Source: the human T2T-CHM13v2.0 reference genome, Homo sapiens
Assembly (NCBI RefSeq): GCF_009914755.1
Contig: NC_060926.1
Length of the DNA: 64,000 bases
Direction: 5' to 3' (one strand)
The notes under the pieces were generated by a model, which was given only the letters and a program-made list of their open reading frames with translations, ran no database searches and was not told the origin of the DNA. The translations under genes were made by a program, and so were the position numbers. This document shows, piece after piece, positions 12,675 to 27,821 of this stretch (positions are counted from its first letter, which is position 1; each line of letters starts with the position of its first letter).

Positions 12675-13035
12675 TATAGTCCCTGACTTGAGGTTTGACT
12701 TAAAATTGTTTTGACTTTACAATTGTGTGAAATTTATACACATACAGTAGAAACTGCACATCAAATTTTGAATTCTGATCTTTTCCTTGGCTACTGTATG
12801 TGCTACAATACTCTCACGAGGTGCTGGGCCGGGGCAGGGAGTTGCAGCTCCCAGTCAGTCATGCCACCATGAAGGTAAACCCCCTGATTCCCTATAGTGG
12901 ACTGTGTTGTCAGGTGATTTTGCCCAGCTATAGGCTAATGTAAGTGTTCTGAGCATGTTTAAGGTAGGCTTAGCTAAGCTAAACTACAGTGTTTGGAAGG
13001 TTAGGTGTATCAAATGACTCTTCCACTTACAATAC
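12675..13035. mobile_element. MER47B-like TcMar-Tigger element
   Basis: cagtagaaactgcacatcaaattttgaattctgatc..gcagctccc..taggctaatgtaagtgttctgagcatgtttaaggtaggcttagctaagct. Confidence 0.75.
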
Positions 13036-13960
13036 AGTCAAGCTGAGGAGGATCTTGCAAAAGGATATCTGCTTCAGGAAACAAGTCAGTCTGGATGACC
13101 CTTATGTTTTATATCATCTATTTTTATTAAAACAGTTACAATTAAATATACTTAATGAGGAAGGTATATTCACTTTTTGAAAAATTACAAAACAAAATAA
13201 GTGCTTAAGAATGCTTAAAGAAATGTTTTATTATAGCTTATTAAAACTCAATTTCTGTTTAGTAATCAGGCCATCATAATGTATGCATTCATGCAACAAA
13301 TATTCATGGAGGACATGAATGTAATAGTCAGCCAAGCATGAGTGAGATGGCTGTGCATGCTGGTGACCCACAGAATAAGACACCTTGACCTGAGATGCAA
13401 ATTTAATGAGAAGAATGAAGGTTGATACCCCAACATGTCAGTGATAATGAAGAAAAAACCAGTAACTTAATTAGAGTAGGAAGAAATAAATGAGCATGAA
13501 GGAATGAGGTCCCAAAAACACGAAGCCCTAGAAATCTTTGAAAATATGGTAAAGGCAGCAGTCAGTATGGATTCAGTAAGCTGGGTTCAATGTTTTGGAA
13601 GTAGTTTAAAGCAACTATGAATCCAGGCATGGTGGAAATGTCCGGTGCCCATAAAGTCAACAGAAGTCTGCAACTAGAATGAATGCATGACAAAGTTGTG
13701 ACCTGTGACACTTTATAGGTGGTTTATAATCCTCATATGCTATTGGGAGGTCAATGACTTTGTTACAGGTAGGTAGATGTGTATCCCTGCCTGGGTTGAT
13801 GGTGACTTCTGGAAGTTTCTTATTTAAAAATGACCTCAAAGGTATACCTCCTTCTGTCATAACTTATACCTTGAAACTTTCTTTCTCTCTCTGTTTTAAC
13901 CAAAGTAAATATTACAGTGAAAGTCCACATGACCATTCCCAAACTGTAGGAAGAATGATA

Positions 13961-14419
13961 CAGACACACTCCTCTGCATTATTGTAGATTTGGTTCCAGA
14001 CCACCAGGACCAAGTGAATATGGTAACAAAGCCAGTCATACAAATTGTTTGCTTTCCCTGTGAATATAAATGTTAAGTTTACACTATACAGTAGTTTATT
14101 AAGTGTGCAATAGCATTAAATCTAAAAGAAAAAAATCCTGAGCCTTCAACAAGTCTGTAGTTCTTCAAACAATTACAACAGTAACTTCAAAGATCAATGA
14201 TTACTGATCACCATGACAGACATAATAATAATTAAAAAGTTTGAGATATTGCAAAAATTACCAAAATATGACTCAGAGACGGGAGCTGAACATATGCTAT
14301 TGGAAAAATGGTGCCAACAGACTTGCTTGATGCAGGGTTGACACAAATCTTCAATTTGTAAAAATTGCAGGATCTCCAAAGAGCAATAAAGCAAAACACA
14401 ATAAAATGGCATGTGCCTG
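13961..14419 (-). mobile_element. Internally deleted Tigger1 with both termini
   Basis: Left end ttggttccagaccacc..gtgaata; right end ttggaaaaatggtgccaacagacttgcttgatgcagggttg..atgtgcctg. TA at 13959-13960 and 14420-14421. Confidence 0.85.
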
Positions 14420-15085
14420 TACCGATTTCCTCTTCACAGTGACTTCCAAGCTCTTATACATTTTGAGGGGGCAGGTAAAAAAAAGTACCACTACTTATTT
14501 ATGGCATTTTGCTATAAGATGTTAAACATTCTGCCTTTTTTTTCTCCATATTCTCCTTTATTGTCTCAGTCCCCCAATTTGTTCTGGGTCTTCTCCACCT
14601 AAACTTAAGTTAAATTGAATAGTAATAAAGTACATATTTCATTTTTATTTTATTTTTTCCTCTACAAGTCTATCGCCTGTATTCATGGTGGCTTTAAATG
14701 CAAATACCTGGACTAGCTGGACAGATGCCCTCTCCATATCTAGCAATTTGTACTTGAAGGGAAGCATTTCAATGGAGCACACAATCATTTAGGCATGATT
14801 ATCTATCTTCCACTTTTGCCCAAAATGAAGAACACCAAACTTGAACATCACATTTATAAGATGTATTCATGGAAACATCATATCCTATAAAAAATACACA
14901 ACTGGATATATGCATAAAACAGGCACTTAAGAACATGTAGGTCAAACACAATATGGTAAAAACCTGTTTTGAATCCCTACTTATTTCTCAGAAGTTAATC
15001 TTCATGTTGCCCCAGGGTGTTGACCCACACAGTCCTCACCAAAACCACTACCTAAAATGAAGGTGGATTAAATGCAAAAGAAAGC

Positions 15086-15120
15086 ACACACACAGAGAGA
15101 CACACACACATACACACACA
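15086..15120 (+). repeat. Interrupted (CA)n microsatellite
   Basis: cacacacagagagacacacacacatacacacaca. Confidence 0.8.
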
Positions 15121-17049
15121 ATCCTAACTTTCTCTAAAACAGGCATTCAGCAAAATTTTATTTTCTGGTGCATTCCCCCGAGATTTTCCTGAGGACATTT
15201 TAGAACATATTCTCCAGACGTACTAATGACCTGCTAATGAACTGACACAGACTGTACTTATGTAAATTATGAAGTTGCTGAACCTGGAGTTAAAGGTTGG
15301 TACATTTCAAGGATATGAAATCAATCTCCCTGATATTAATAACTGTCACCTATATGCCCTTCACGTCTGTGTTATTTCATGTCCCTCCACCTGATGAGTG
15401 TCATAGGTGACTTTGAAAGCCTGGACATTTATAGACATAACTACCTAATTTTCTCTATGTCCTGGTTTCTTAGTTCAGTTTTCTTTAGGGCAGTTATTTT
15501 TAGTTAAAAATGTCCAAATGTGCAGATCATTGCCGTCATGAAGATTGAGATTAGAAGCAGGGAGAAAAAGGAGCTGCTCCCTAATAGGATGGGCTATATA
15601 GCCTCTGAAAATGAGGAAGGTTAAGTGCAGCCTGCCAGAGAGAAGGCATATGATAAAGAATTTAAAGGGCAGAGTTGTAAAGAGGGCCTCAAGCTTCAGA
15701 CATCTTCCCCAACTAGTCAACCTACCAACAAGTATTTCTTGAGAACCCATAGTTGATGTGCCTGAGGCTTGGGGAAAATTGTATGGCAGATCTTTACTCC
15801 CTTGGGTAAACATTAGCTTTACATGAAGTGTCCCTTTTAGAAAATTAAAGCCAGTGTTAACATCAATGTGACATGCCAAATCAATAAATATTTTTATATT
15901 CTACAAATATAATATTCTATGAATTGTTATAGTCTACATACCCTTGTAATTGTAATTAAGAAAATAAGACTAGAAATGATATAAAACAACATTTCTACCA
16001 TAAAAGATAAAAGAATTAATTAGGCTATTTAAGGGAAAAGTGTTCATATGGTGACATATTTATTTTCCTCGAGGCATGTCTGGAAACAATCCACCAGGGA
16101 GCCTCAATTCACTGGAATATACCCCAGATCGAGGTTCTATAACAGTTTGTATTTTTCAATTAGACTGATCCATCCTTCCTTCACCATACAGTCAACAGCC
16201 TATAAAGTCAGCCAGAGACATTCCAGAACTTGTGAAAATCCTACTTGGCTGTCTTAACCTTTTGGTTCCTTATAGATTCTAACTTTTGCTTTTCTCTCTC
16301 CCTCTTTCTCTGTCTCTCTCCCATTTCTCTCTTCCTGCCCTTTCAAAATTGTATTTGAATACTACTTTTAATTAATTTTTTGACTGAGCAATGGAAGAAG
16401 GGCTGACAATTAGAGATTAAGAGAAAAAGTGAGACAGTGAAACCTATAAAGAAATACTAAAAAGAATACCTTTTAAATTTTCTATTTCCTTACCAATTAC
16501 CAGTGGAGTTATCTTCTTAATGTCCTTCATATCCAACCCACCTCCACCCTTCCCTCTACTCACTCCCCATGTCTAAGGACGAGGCTCCACCATTGCCCCT
16601 AGAGTTCATATTCACCAGCTGTCTCTACATATTCTTTCATTCTCTTCATAATGCCTTGACTAGGGAGCCCACTTAGGAACTCCATATGGTACATGCTAAA
16701 CTGAGGGCAGCCCAACTGCCTATGAAAGTAAAGAAAGGTGCGGGTACACAGAGGGCCCAACTTCCATCACAGGACCCTGCCATGAGAAAGGTAGCATGCT
16801 ACATGTTCCATATGCATCAAAGCCAGCAAAAGGTACACAGCGGCAGAGTTCCAGGCCTTGCTACTCTGATTTTTTTCCTGGCACACAAGCACATTTAAAA
16901 TCAGAAGTGGAAAGTAAAAAGGAAAGGTAAAGTTTTTATGTGAAAGATGATAGTCAACCTAAGAACCAGCAAGTTCACAGTGTGCTGAGGAAAGCCCAAG
17001 AAGGCAATATTGCTGCATTCTTAAAGTGCTTATTCTTGCACTATAACAC

Positions 17050-17245
17050 TATGTTGAATCCTTGTTCTACTGTTTACTAGCTGCATAACTTTGGGCAAGT
17101 CACATAATAACTATATACCTCAGTTTCCTAATCTGTGAAATAGGACTAACAGTGTCAATTTTATCACTTTTTATGAAGATTAAATCATAAAACATGCTTA
17201 GAATTTGGCACAAACTTAGGTCTGCATCAATGCTATTATTTTACC
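17050..17245 (+). mobile_element. MIR SINE
   Basis: ttgaatccttgttctactgtttactagctgcataactttgggcaagtca..cctcagtttcctaatctgtgaaatagg. Confidence 0.85.
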
Positions 17246-17724
17246 ATATGAGGCTGTTAAACATGAAACTTATTCAAGGCTCTGAGCATGTCATTTTATT
17301 TCAGCTCAGTAAAACACCTTATGCTCATAATAAAGATTTGAGTATCAAGAGTGTACTGAAGGAGGCATAGTAATACTTTGTTTATCATAGTAAGACAGAT
17401 TTAATTATTTTAGAAACTTCTTTAGAAGTAGCTTTTCAAAAGAGAAGCATAAACAAAGAATGCCTTGTTCACTCATAAGATAGATTGAATTCCTTTGGGA
17501 AAAAAAATAACATACAGAATAGCTTGCTTCCTGATTTTTCTAGAAAAGCAGTGCTACATATGAAGATATAAATGGGAGAGGTGAAAATATCATAACTGCC
17601 AAAAGGAACATTCACTGAGAAAATGCTCATATATTTTGACAGAATATATTTCAATAGCTACACGGAATAATGATCCTCCATAGAGATGAGAGTATATTGT
17701 GAAGTCTCAATTTTTAGGTCTTTG

Positions 17725-18047
<323 letters not shown>

Positions 18048-18162
18048 CTATGATACAGTATAATTATTGCAAAAAGATGGATATAGTAAGCCATGCTGGG
18101 AGACAAAGGACAGAGAAAGTAATTTTTTCATGGGAGCAGGCAAACTTTGACAGGAAGAAGCA

Positions 18163-18543
18163 CCGTGACTTTATGTGAAAATAGGTTATCTGCAGGTGTA
18201 ATGAAGATGTAAATTATGATAAGGTCATACTGGATTAGAGTAGGCCATAAATTCAATCACTGGTATCATTATTAGAATAAATGTTGAGACACAGAGGCAC
18301 AGATATACAGAGAAAAGAGCATGTGAAGATGTGGCTGAGATTGGAACTATGCTGCTGCAAGCCAGGAAACTCAGGAAGCCACCAGACACTGTGAGAATCA
18401 GGAGAGGATTCTCTGCTAGAGGCTCTGGAGGGAGGGTAGCCCTGCAAACACTTTGATTCTAGCCCTCTGTTTACTTAAATTTCTTTTGTATTAAGTCACC
18501 CAGTTTGTGATAATTTATCACAACGTCCACAGAAAACTAATAC
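18163..18543 (+). mobile_element. MLT1C-like MaLR LTR
   Basis: gtgactttatgtgaaaatagg..aggtcatactggattagagtaggcc..gagattggaactatgctgctgcaagccagg..aagtcacccagtttgtg..aaactaatac. Confidence 0.85.
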
Positions 18544-19071
18544 TTGACAATGTAGAAGGGGCTTAAGCTGCATTTTGAGGATTTTACATAAAACCTTACC
18601 AAACGGATGAGGAGAGAAAGGTCACCACAGGAACAGAAATAGGATGTACAAAACATGGACGTGAATGCAGCATGGTCTACTTTAAGGAACAGCTGTGGTT
18701 AGGCAAGGGTCAAAACCAAAGACCCTAGATGTGGCGTAGCAGAGACATTTGCTTCACACGCCTCTTTACAAGGATCTAGTCTGCAGTGAAATTTGTTTCA
18801 AGGTTCAGAGAAAAGATCAATCGAGGAAAAGGGTTACCTCCTGTGCCTTCTAATTGTCCAGAGAACTTTCTATTTGCCCATGCTAACCATACTGATGCCC
18901 TAACACATTTCTTTACTCAACCTCCCCTCCCTCACCCCAGCCACTTCAATAGCTTCGGATCCTAACTCAAGCCTTGAATAATTTTATGTTTCCTTTTCGA
19001 CAGATCCTTCTCCAGTTTTTTACGTTCCCCACTAGGTTCAGCTAGTACACATGTATCCATGCCTGTACTTA

Positions 19072-19406
<335 letters not shown>

Positions 19407-20672
19407 TCATGCCAGCTAAGTAAAGTTCAGCCTGGAAGGGTAGTAGGCAAGTGAAAAAAAAAAAAAAAAGAGTTGTACAGGAACATCACATTCCAAGATG
19501 TCCACAAACATTTTCATCCAGGAAATGTTTTAAGCCAATCTAAATAACATATCGCATTCTGTAATCTGGCAAGCCACCCTTCAGCAGGAACAGGATTCCT
19601 CTACAGGCCAAAACAACAGAAGTGGTGAAAGACAGTTCCATCTTCCCGTCTTCAGTTTCCATTCATATCCTCTTTCCCTTCTTAGATAAGATTTGATGAA
19701 AAATAAGCCTTGAGGAAACTTAGAAGTGTAAAAAATAAATAATGATAAGGATTTAGCATTTGGATTTGGTAATTCATAGAGACATCTTCTCTGTCTATGG
19801 TGTGGGAAGATGTGGAAGCTCTACAGTTTGTAGCATATAAAAGGACTCCATCCAGGGGAAGTTTATAGCGCCATGGGGCCAGAGTCTGAGCTTTCCTTAC
19901 AGAGAGGTCATCCAAAATGTGCTTTTGGCATAGGGGATTTTATGTAAGTCACAATAAGGTGAGTTCAGGTGAGCCTATTATCTACTGAGTCATTTTAAAG
20001 TTCTATATTCAGAAAAACCTGCCTAAAAAAATTTAGGAGAGGAAAAATAAACACCCGTTGACACAAGTCTCCAAAGTCTGCTGTATACATTCTCCTCAAA
20101 GGCCCACCTGGCATTATTCTGACAACTTTGAAAGCTTGATGGAGTTTGGCAAGCTTATACCCTCTTCAGGTGCATATATAAAAAAATAGTCTTTGGAAGC
20201 AAAGGAAATAACAGAATTATTTTTGTGCTCTAAACAAAGTAGAGTAGTTTCTACTGAGAATGAAACTATAGGTGGCTGGGAATTATTCTATCATTTGTAA
20301 GCTCCAGTGGATACTAAGCCTGTTGCCATTTTAAAAATGAAAGAAACCACATCAGTGTATGCCTTGTCAAAAAGTTCCACAGATATTTGTTGTTGTTGTT
20401 TTGTTTTACCACTATTTACACACCTGTCAGCAATACATGTTCTCTGTTCTACCCCTAGAGGAATGGCATTTAAGAAATGGATTATAAAAGAAACTTTATT
20501 TGAAGGATTACTGCATCTTGCTTTTTAATCATTTAGACTGCTTATACTAAATTTTAAGAAAAATTAAGCTTAACTTTTGCTTATATTAATTAATTTTCTA
20601 CCATTACAGGTAAGTGGGACACAAGTTTGTTCTTTTCCAAAATACATATTCTTAGTATCTGGGTGTATACTT

Positions 20673-21533
<861 letters not shown>

Positions 21534-22747
21534 CTATTTGGAAATAAAATGTTAGGTGGCAGTGAAGGGTTGAATCAGATAAGAGCCATACCAAATAATT
21601 CAAATTAAACAAGTCAAAGAAAAACTAACTTCAAATATTCTGCTCTTTCTTTAGAGTGCTGAGGACAGAGGACCAGGAAGACAGATCTTTATAATTCAAC
21701 TTGCTCAGACAGTGTTGTACTCTCCCTGCATTTTCTCCAAGCCTTCATTGAAATAGCCATGTGCCATAGGGCTTTGTCTGCAGTGCATTGGGCAATGGTA
21801 AAGGGTTGGAGATCATACATGGGAGAACGTGGACAGAAAAAAAAATTAACTAACTACTGCAGGAAAGAAGAAAGTATATGAGAACACAGTGGAAGGAGGA
21901 CCACAGATGGACAGTGGGCAGAGCACATATATAAATTTATAGATATCTTAAGAAGGGCACCAGATTGAAAGTAGGATGGGAAATGTGAGTGTTTTTCATT
22001 AAAACATTAAAGTTTTAGGTGATCCCAAAAATATAGAGAACTCACAGACATTGAAGTTACATATGGATAATTCAAAAATACAGAAGTATACGAGAAAAAG
22101 GTTTTAAAAATTTATAAAATGATTGTCTTTGTAAGGAAACACATAAAGCATTTCATCTTTCTTTAAATTTTTTATGTTTTGCAAAATTTTATGCCATAAG
22201 CAGAAATTAATTTATAATAAACAAATACAAGAGTTCAGTTACATCTTTCATGTTCCCTTTACACTGTAATGTGATATTATTACAGTATAATTAAACTTAT
22301 GCTTTGCAACACAATAAACAAAACACTTTCATTTATATAAATCCACAAATAAATAAAAAAAATTAGTGCACGTACGTCTTATCATCTAAGTGATCACCAA
22401 GCCTTCCTTACTTTAGCAGGCCAACCTGAAAAGCTCCATAGGTTTCTACACTCTCTGAGTTATCTGTTTCCCAGCCAGAAGAACTGGATGTGAGGGAGGA
22501 AAGTCCTGTGAGCAACTCTCTCCGGGCCAACTCCCTGGAGGAGACGAACTAATAATACCTAAGCTAAGTATTCTGTCTGTTGTTGTTTCTCAGGCATTTT
22601 GACTTAAAATATCTAAATGCCTGAGAGAAAGTATTGTGATATTCAGACCATCTGAGAATCGGAAGGACACGAGAATGAATGAAGGACAACTATAAAGACA
22701 CAAAGTAAAACCCACAAAATCAGTGGAACACAAATGATAAGTGAAGG

Positions 22748-23717
22748 TGTGGGGGAGTGGAAAATGGCTTTCCTCCACCCTTTTAGGTGCTTTGGATGGG
22801 CTAGGAATCAAATTGACATAGACACTAAAAGGGGAAAAAACATATTTAATTACATACATACACATGAGAGTCTCACAAAGTGTGAGACTAGAGGAAGGGT
22901 CAGATGATTGAAGATTGTATAACATCCTGAGCTACAGGTAGAAATAGGGGCTTCAAGCTTCTAGTGGGAGGTGGCAACACAAGTTAGGGTAGAGTGAGAA
23001 GAAGAAATATATTATTGTATTAGGCCACTCTTGCAGTGCTATAAAGAAATAACTGAGACTGGATACTTTATAAAGAAAAGAGGCTTGATTGGCTGACAGT
23101 TCTGCAGGCTGTACAAGCATGGTGCCGGCATCTCCCAGCTTCTGGGGAGGCCTCAGGAAGCTTTTACTCAGGGTGGAAAGCAAAGTGGAAGCTTGTGCAT
23201 CAGATGGTCAAAGTAGGAAAGAGAGAGAGGGAGGGAGGGGAGAGAGGTGTGTCACACTTTTAAATAACCAGATCTCACAAAAACTCAGTGCAGGAAGTAA
23301 CTTGTCACCCAGGGGATAGTCCAAGCCATTTATAAGGGATCCAGCCCCATGATCTAAATACCTCCCACCAGGCCCTACCCCCAACAGTTGGGATTATGAT
23401 TCAACATCTGATTTTGGCAGAACATCCAAACCATATAAATGGTGAATAAAGGGTGTCTTATTATGCAGATAAAAAGTCTCTCAGGTAATAAAAGTTGTCT
23501 GGGAGCAGTCATCTTCCTGACAAAGATACTTTTACTACAATAGGTTTCCTTTATATATGTAAATTTATTTAACAAAAGCATAGCTTTTCAGAACTACTCC
23601 TGTGTCTGCAGTTTCTCAGAATAACCCAGCTCAAAATATGCCAAAGAAGTATGTTTTAGGGTGGCACATTCTGGTCTCCTACAAGCACATTTTGGGGTGG
23701 TGTGTCCTGAGCCCCAA
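22748..23717 (-). mobile_element. MER34B-like ERV1 solo LTR split by MSTB
   Basis: ggaatcaaattgacatagac..gagactagaggaagggtcagatgattgaag; resumes ttatgcagataaaaagtctctcagg..atgccaaagaagtatgttttagggtggcacattctggtctcctaca. Confidence 0.7.
23016..23438 (-). mobile_element. MSTB MaLR solo LTR nested in the MER34-like LTR
   Basis: tgtattaggccactcttgcagtgctataaagaaataactgagactgg..gttctgcaggctgtacaagcatggtgccggcatc..catccaaaccatata. Confidence 0.9.
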
Positions 23718-24443
23718 GGCATGTGAGAAATCTATTAATAAACTAAACACATTTTTAAAAAACTTAGTAAGGGGGTGGAAATAAATGTGATATCAGGGTG
23801 TTGTTGCTGTGTCTTTTTTGTGGAACGAAATCTAATTTTAAAAACCAAACATGTTCTTATTTTTTCAGAACCTGCAAGGAGGCCTACCTGCCTCTAACTT
23901 TCACAGAAGTAAGTTGAACCTCCAGGTATTGCCTCTCTATTTAGCTGAAAAAATAATCCCAAGCATTTTTGTAGTCATCACTGTGGGATACCCAATAACA
24001 CTTCCAGCTTCCTAGCTCTGCACAGTAATCAAAGTGCATCCTTAGTATTCCCTGCACACAAATGCTGTTTTACTCATTCTTAAAATTCCTGAAACTGCCT
24101 TCCCGGTCTTTAGAACTTGTCTGACTCTTTCTAAGGTGTTTTCCCATCCCTAAACTTATTGCTACTGGGGTCTTTTGTACCCAACATTCTATCCAGACCT
24201 GTTTGGATACTGAAATTCTGCTTTAAGCTACATTTCCAAGTCCATTGCTGTCCTGCTGCTGAATAAGCCTGAGTAAGTCCTAAAGGAAGGAACAGACACT
24301 TGCATTCCTTTGGAAAATTGGTGGAAGGGGGACCAAAGTAGAGTAAAACAATACAAAAATAAAATGAAAAAAAGAAAAAACAACTATTAAAAAAACAGGT
24401 ATGTTTTGGAAGGAAGACCTCTGGCTGGTTTCTTCTTTTTTTT

Positions 24444-25198
24444 TTTCTTTAATTTTTTTTTTATTATTATACTTTAAGTTCTAGGGTACATGTGCACAAC
24501 GTGCAGGTTTGTTACATATGTATACATGCTCCATGTTGGTGTGCTGCACCCATTAACTTGCCATTTACATTAGGTATATCTCCTAATGCTATCCCTCCCT
24601 GCTCCCCCCACCCCATGACAGGCCCCAGTGTGTGATGTTCCCCTTCCTGTGTCCAAGTGCTCTCATTGTTCAATTCCCACCTATGAGTGAGAACATGCGG
24701 TGTTTGGTGTTTTGTCCTTGTGATAGTCTGCTGAGAATGATGGTTTCCAGCTTCATCCATGTCCCTACAAAGGACATGAACTCATCCTTTTTTTATGGCT
24801 GCATAGTATTCCATAGTGTATATTTGCCACATTTTCTCAATCCAGTCTATCACTGATGGACATTTGGGTTGGTTCCAAGTCTTAGCTATTGTGAATAGTG
24901 CCGCAATAAACATACGTGTGCATGTGTCTTTATAGCAGCATGATTTATAGTCCTTTGGGTATTTACCCAGTAATGGGATTGCTGGGTCAAATGGTATTTC
25001 TAGTTCTAGATCCTTGAGGAATTGCCACACTGTCTTCCACAATGGTTGAACTAGTTTACAGTCTCACCAACAGAGTAAAAGTGTTCCTATTTGTCCACAT
25101 CCTCTCCAGCACTTGTTGTTTCCTGACTTTTTAATGATTGCCATTCTAATCGGTGTGAGATGGTATCTCATAGTGGTTTTGATTTGCATTTTTTTGAC
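24444..25198 (-). mobile_element. 5'-truncated L1PA (about L1PA4-5): ORF2 C-terminus plus 3' UTR
   Basis: poly(T) then ttattatactttaagttctagggtacatgtgcac; ORF track MWKTVWQFLKDLELEIPFDPAIPLLG..MEYYAAIK. TSD ggtttcttcttttttt starting at 24427 and 25199. Confidence 0.96.
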
Positions 25199-27821
25199 GG
25201 TTTCTTCTTTTTTTCATTAAAAAATAAATTCTAATACAGTTTCTTTTTAAAGTATTATATTCTTAAATCTAAAATATAATCCAATTCAATGAGCCTTCTA
25301 TGTCCTAAAATTTTACAAAAAGATTTCAAGAAACAAATGTACCTTAATTCAAAATTAGAGGCAGATTTATTCATTCAGATTTATTTGGTTTAGGGGTGAT
25401 TATATGATGCTAAAGTTAATAGGGAAAAAAAACCAAATATCTAGGAATTTTGTCCACATTATTAAGAAAGCAATTTAACTACTTATGTTAAGTAAAATTA
25501 TTAAAATCTACTAATAAACAGGAACTCTAAAATTGACACGATCATGGTAAGAACTATCCATGCTTTATAAAGAATTTAGATTCCTCATTTTTAAGAAATT
25601 TCATATTTCTCTATTAGTGAAATTCACAAAATACAAAGGGTCTGCTTGCATGTTTTTTGGAAACAGCAGCAAAAGGGTCATGGGGCAGGAATGGCAGGTG
25701 AGGTGAGTAGGGAGTGTGATTTTATATCATTCAGCAGTGTTCTTGGTTTAGTGGAAACCTCATGTTAACATAGGTGTTGGGAAGCTAAGAACCAATGACC
25801 AAAGGTCAAGTCGCTATCCTCATTGTAGGAAAGACAGGACTGCAAAAGTAATTTAGGTCCAGAATATCCCTAGCTGTAATACAATGCTAGAAAAGATGGA
25901 AGACTATATCCCTCAGTGCATACTCTATGAAATAATCCTTATTAGCCACTTTGGACAATATTTCCCCAGACCCTTAATGAATATTTTAGAGTTATGCAAG
26001 ATAATCAAAGCTAAATGCTTTTTGATATTGTTCTCCTTCCCTTTATCTCTCTTTCACAAGAGTTGCCTCTCCATCTTTCCCTCTAGCTTAATTCTGTCGA
26101 CCTTAACTTCATGAGACAGAAGAGTAAATTGAATTTTTTACATTTTCATAACATACTCATTTCCTTTATTTCACAAGTGACTTGTACGGGTGTGTGTAGA
26201 CAACATAATCACTGTGCCATTCATTGAGGAATTCATTGGCACTAAGAATTGGCATTTAATTTATTTTCCCTCATTTGAAAAATACTGTGGAAAAAAAATG
26301 AAGTACCTTTTAAAATGTATTTCTCCGACCAAACAATCCAACTCTTTTCTTTTACAGTTCTGTTATTGCCACATAGCTATCATTTTTTCAAGCATTTTTT
26401 AAATGGAAGTGTGATCTACAAATAATACAACTGTCTGAACTTTAAAAATCACATTATTCTGAACACTGCAGAATGATTGCTAGCAAATATTTTTCAGTAT
26501 GTTGTCACTGAAATATCACATACAAGTTAGATGTTGTGTAATGCGTATGCCAGGATAGAACCTTATGTTCACAGGTTTTGAAAATATAATTTCTAACTTC
26601 AACAAAATAGAAATGAAATATCTATTTTCAGAGCATAAATGTATTCTGAAGCACTGACAGAATGACAAATATTAAAATGAGTCCTGTATTCCAAAGTGAC
26701 AGCCTAGGCTAACATGAAACTTTTAAAGTCAGGACAAATCACTTGAAGATACTGCCAATATATTTCTTTTTTTTCCTATCAATGTGTTTTGCATGAAATT
26801 ACTTTTCTGCAGTTTTGACATGTTCTAAACCAAAAGTATAATAAAAGTATGCTTCAACTTGTAATTATTATTTTAGAAAAAATCTATTTTTCTTTCTATT
26901 TTCAAGGAAACACGTTGTTACAAAGTATTAGTGGCATTTATGGCTGCCAACTACTGAGCATTTCTTTCAGCTGTTCTACCACACCGGCATGCATTTTCCC
27001 CAGTCTCACAAAATCAATGAAGTAGGCTCTGATTCCACATTTCACAAAGAAGAAGACTGTATTCACAGGCACTATGTGATGTTGGCCATGACCACACAGC
27101 TGGAAAATGATGCCACAAAATTTCCAATCAAAAACTGATACCGAACTACATGATTTTTCTGATTCTATTTTCATTGCTGACCTTATTAAATATAATAACA
27201 ATTCATATGCATGTATAAGAATTTTTATTAGGCCCTAAATAATACAAACAAATTAGAAAACTCTGCCATTAAACAGTGAAAAGCAGCTCTCCTCTATTTA
27301 GTATATTCATTGTATGTTTTTACATTTTTAAATTTGTTTATTTGAAAATTTCCAAACATTAATAGCCTTTATTTGCCATTGTTCTACAGCTGGTAACCCA
27401 CATATTATCCTACTATTGAAATTAACTTGGATCCTATCAATTCAAAATTTTGAATTTGCGTGGCCTTTTTTAACATAAGAAATATATGCAGACTCGCATT
27501 ATAAATGAATAAAATTTCTCATTAATTCAGCCTGTATAATCAAAAATTATTCAGAGTTATGTTTTTTTTTTCACCAGGTTATTTCTAGGTAAATGTCTTC
27601 CATCACCTTGCTCAGGGCTGTGCTAATAATTACTATGATCTCTCTGTCATAACCTAATATCTTTAATTAAAATTTTTAAAAACATGATTTCCAGGCAAGA
27701 TGAGCACATATTTATGGACATTTGGATGCTGCTCTTAGTTTCCTCCAGCACATTTACTAAAATAACCACCATACATCTTTTTGTGAAAATATATATGGAA
27801 ATATATATAGATTTAAAAGTA

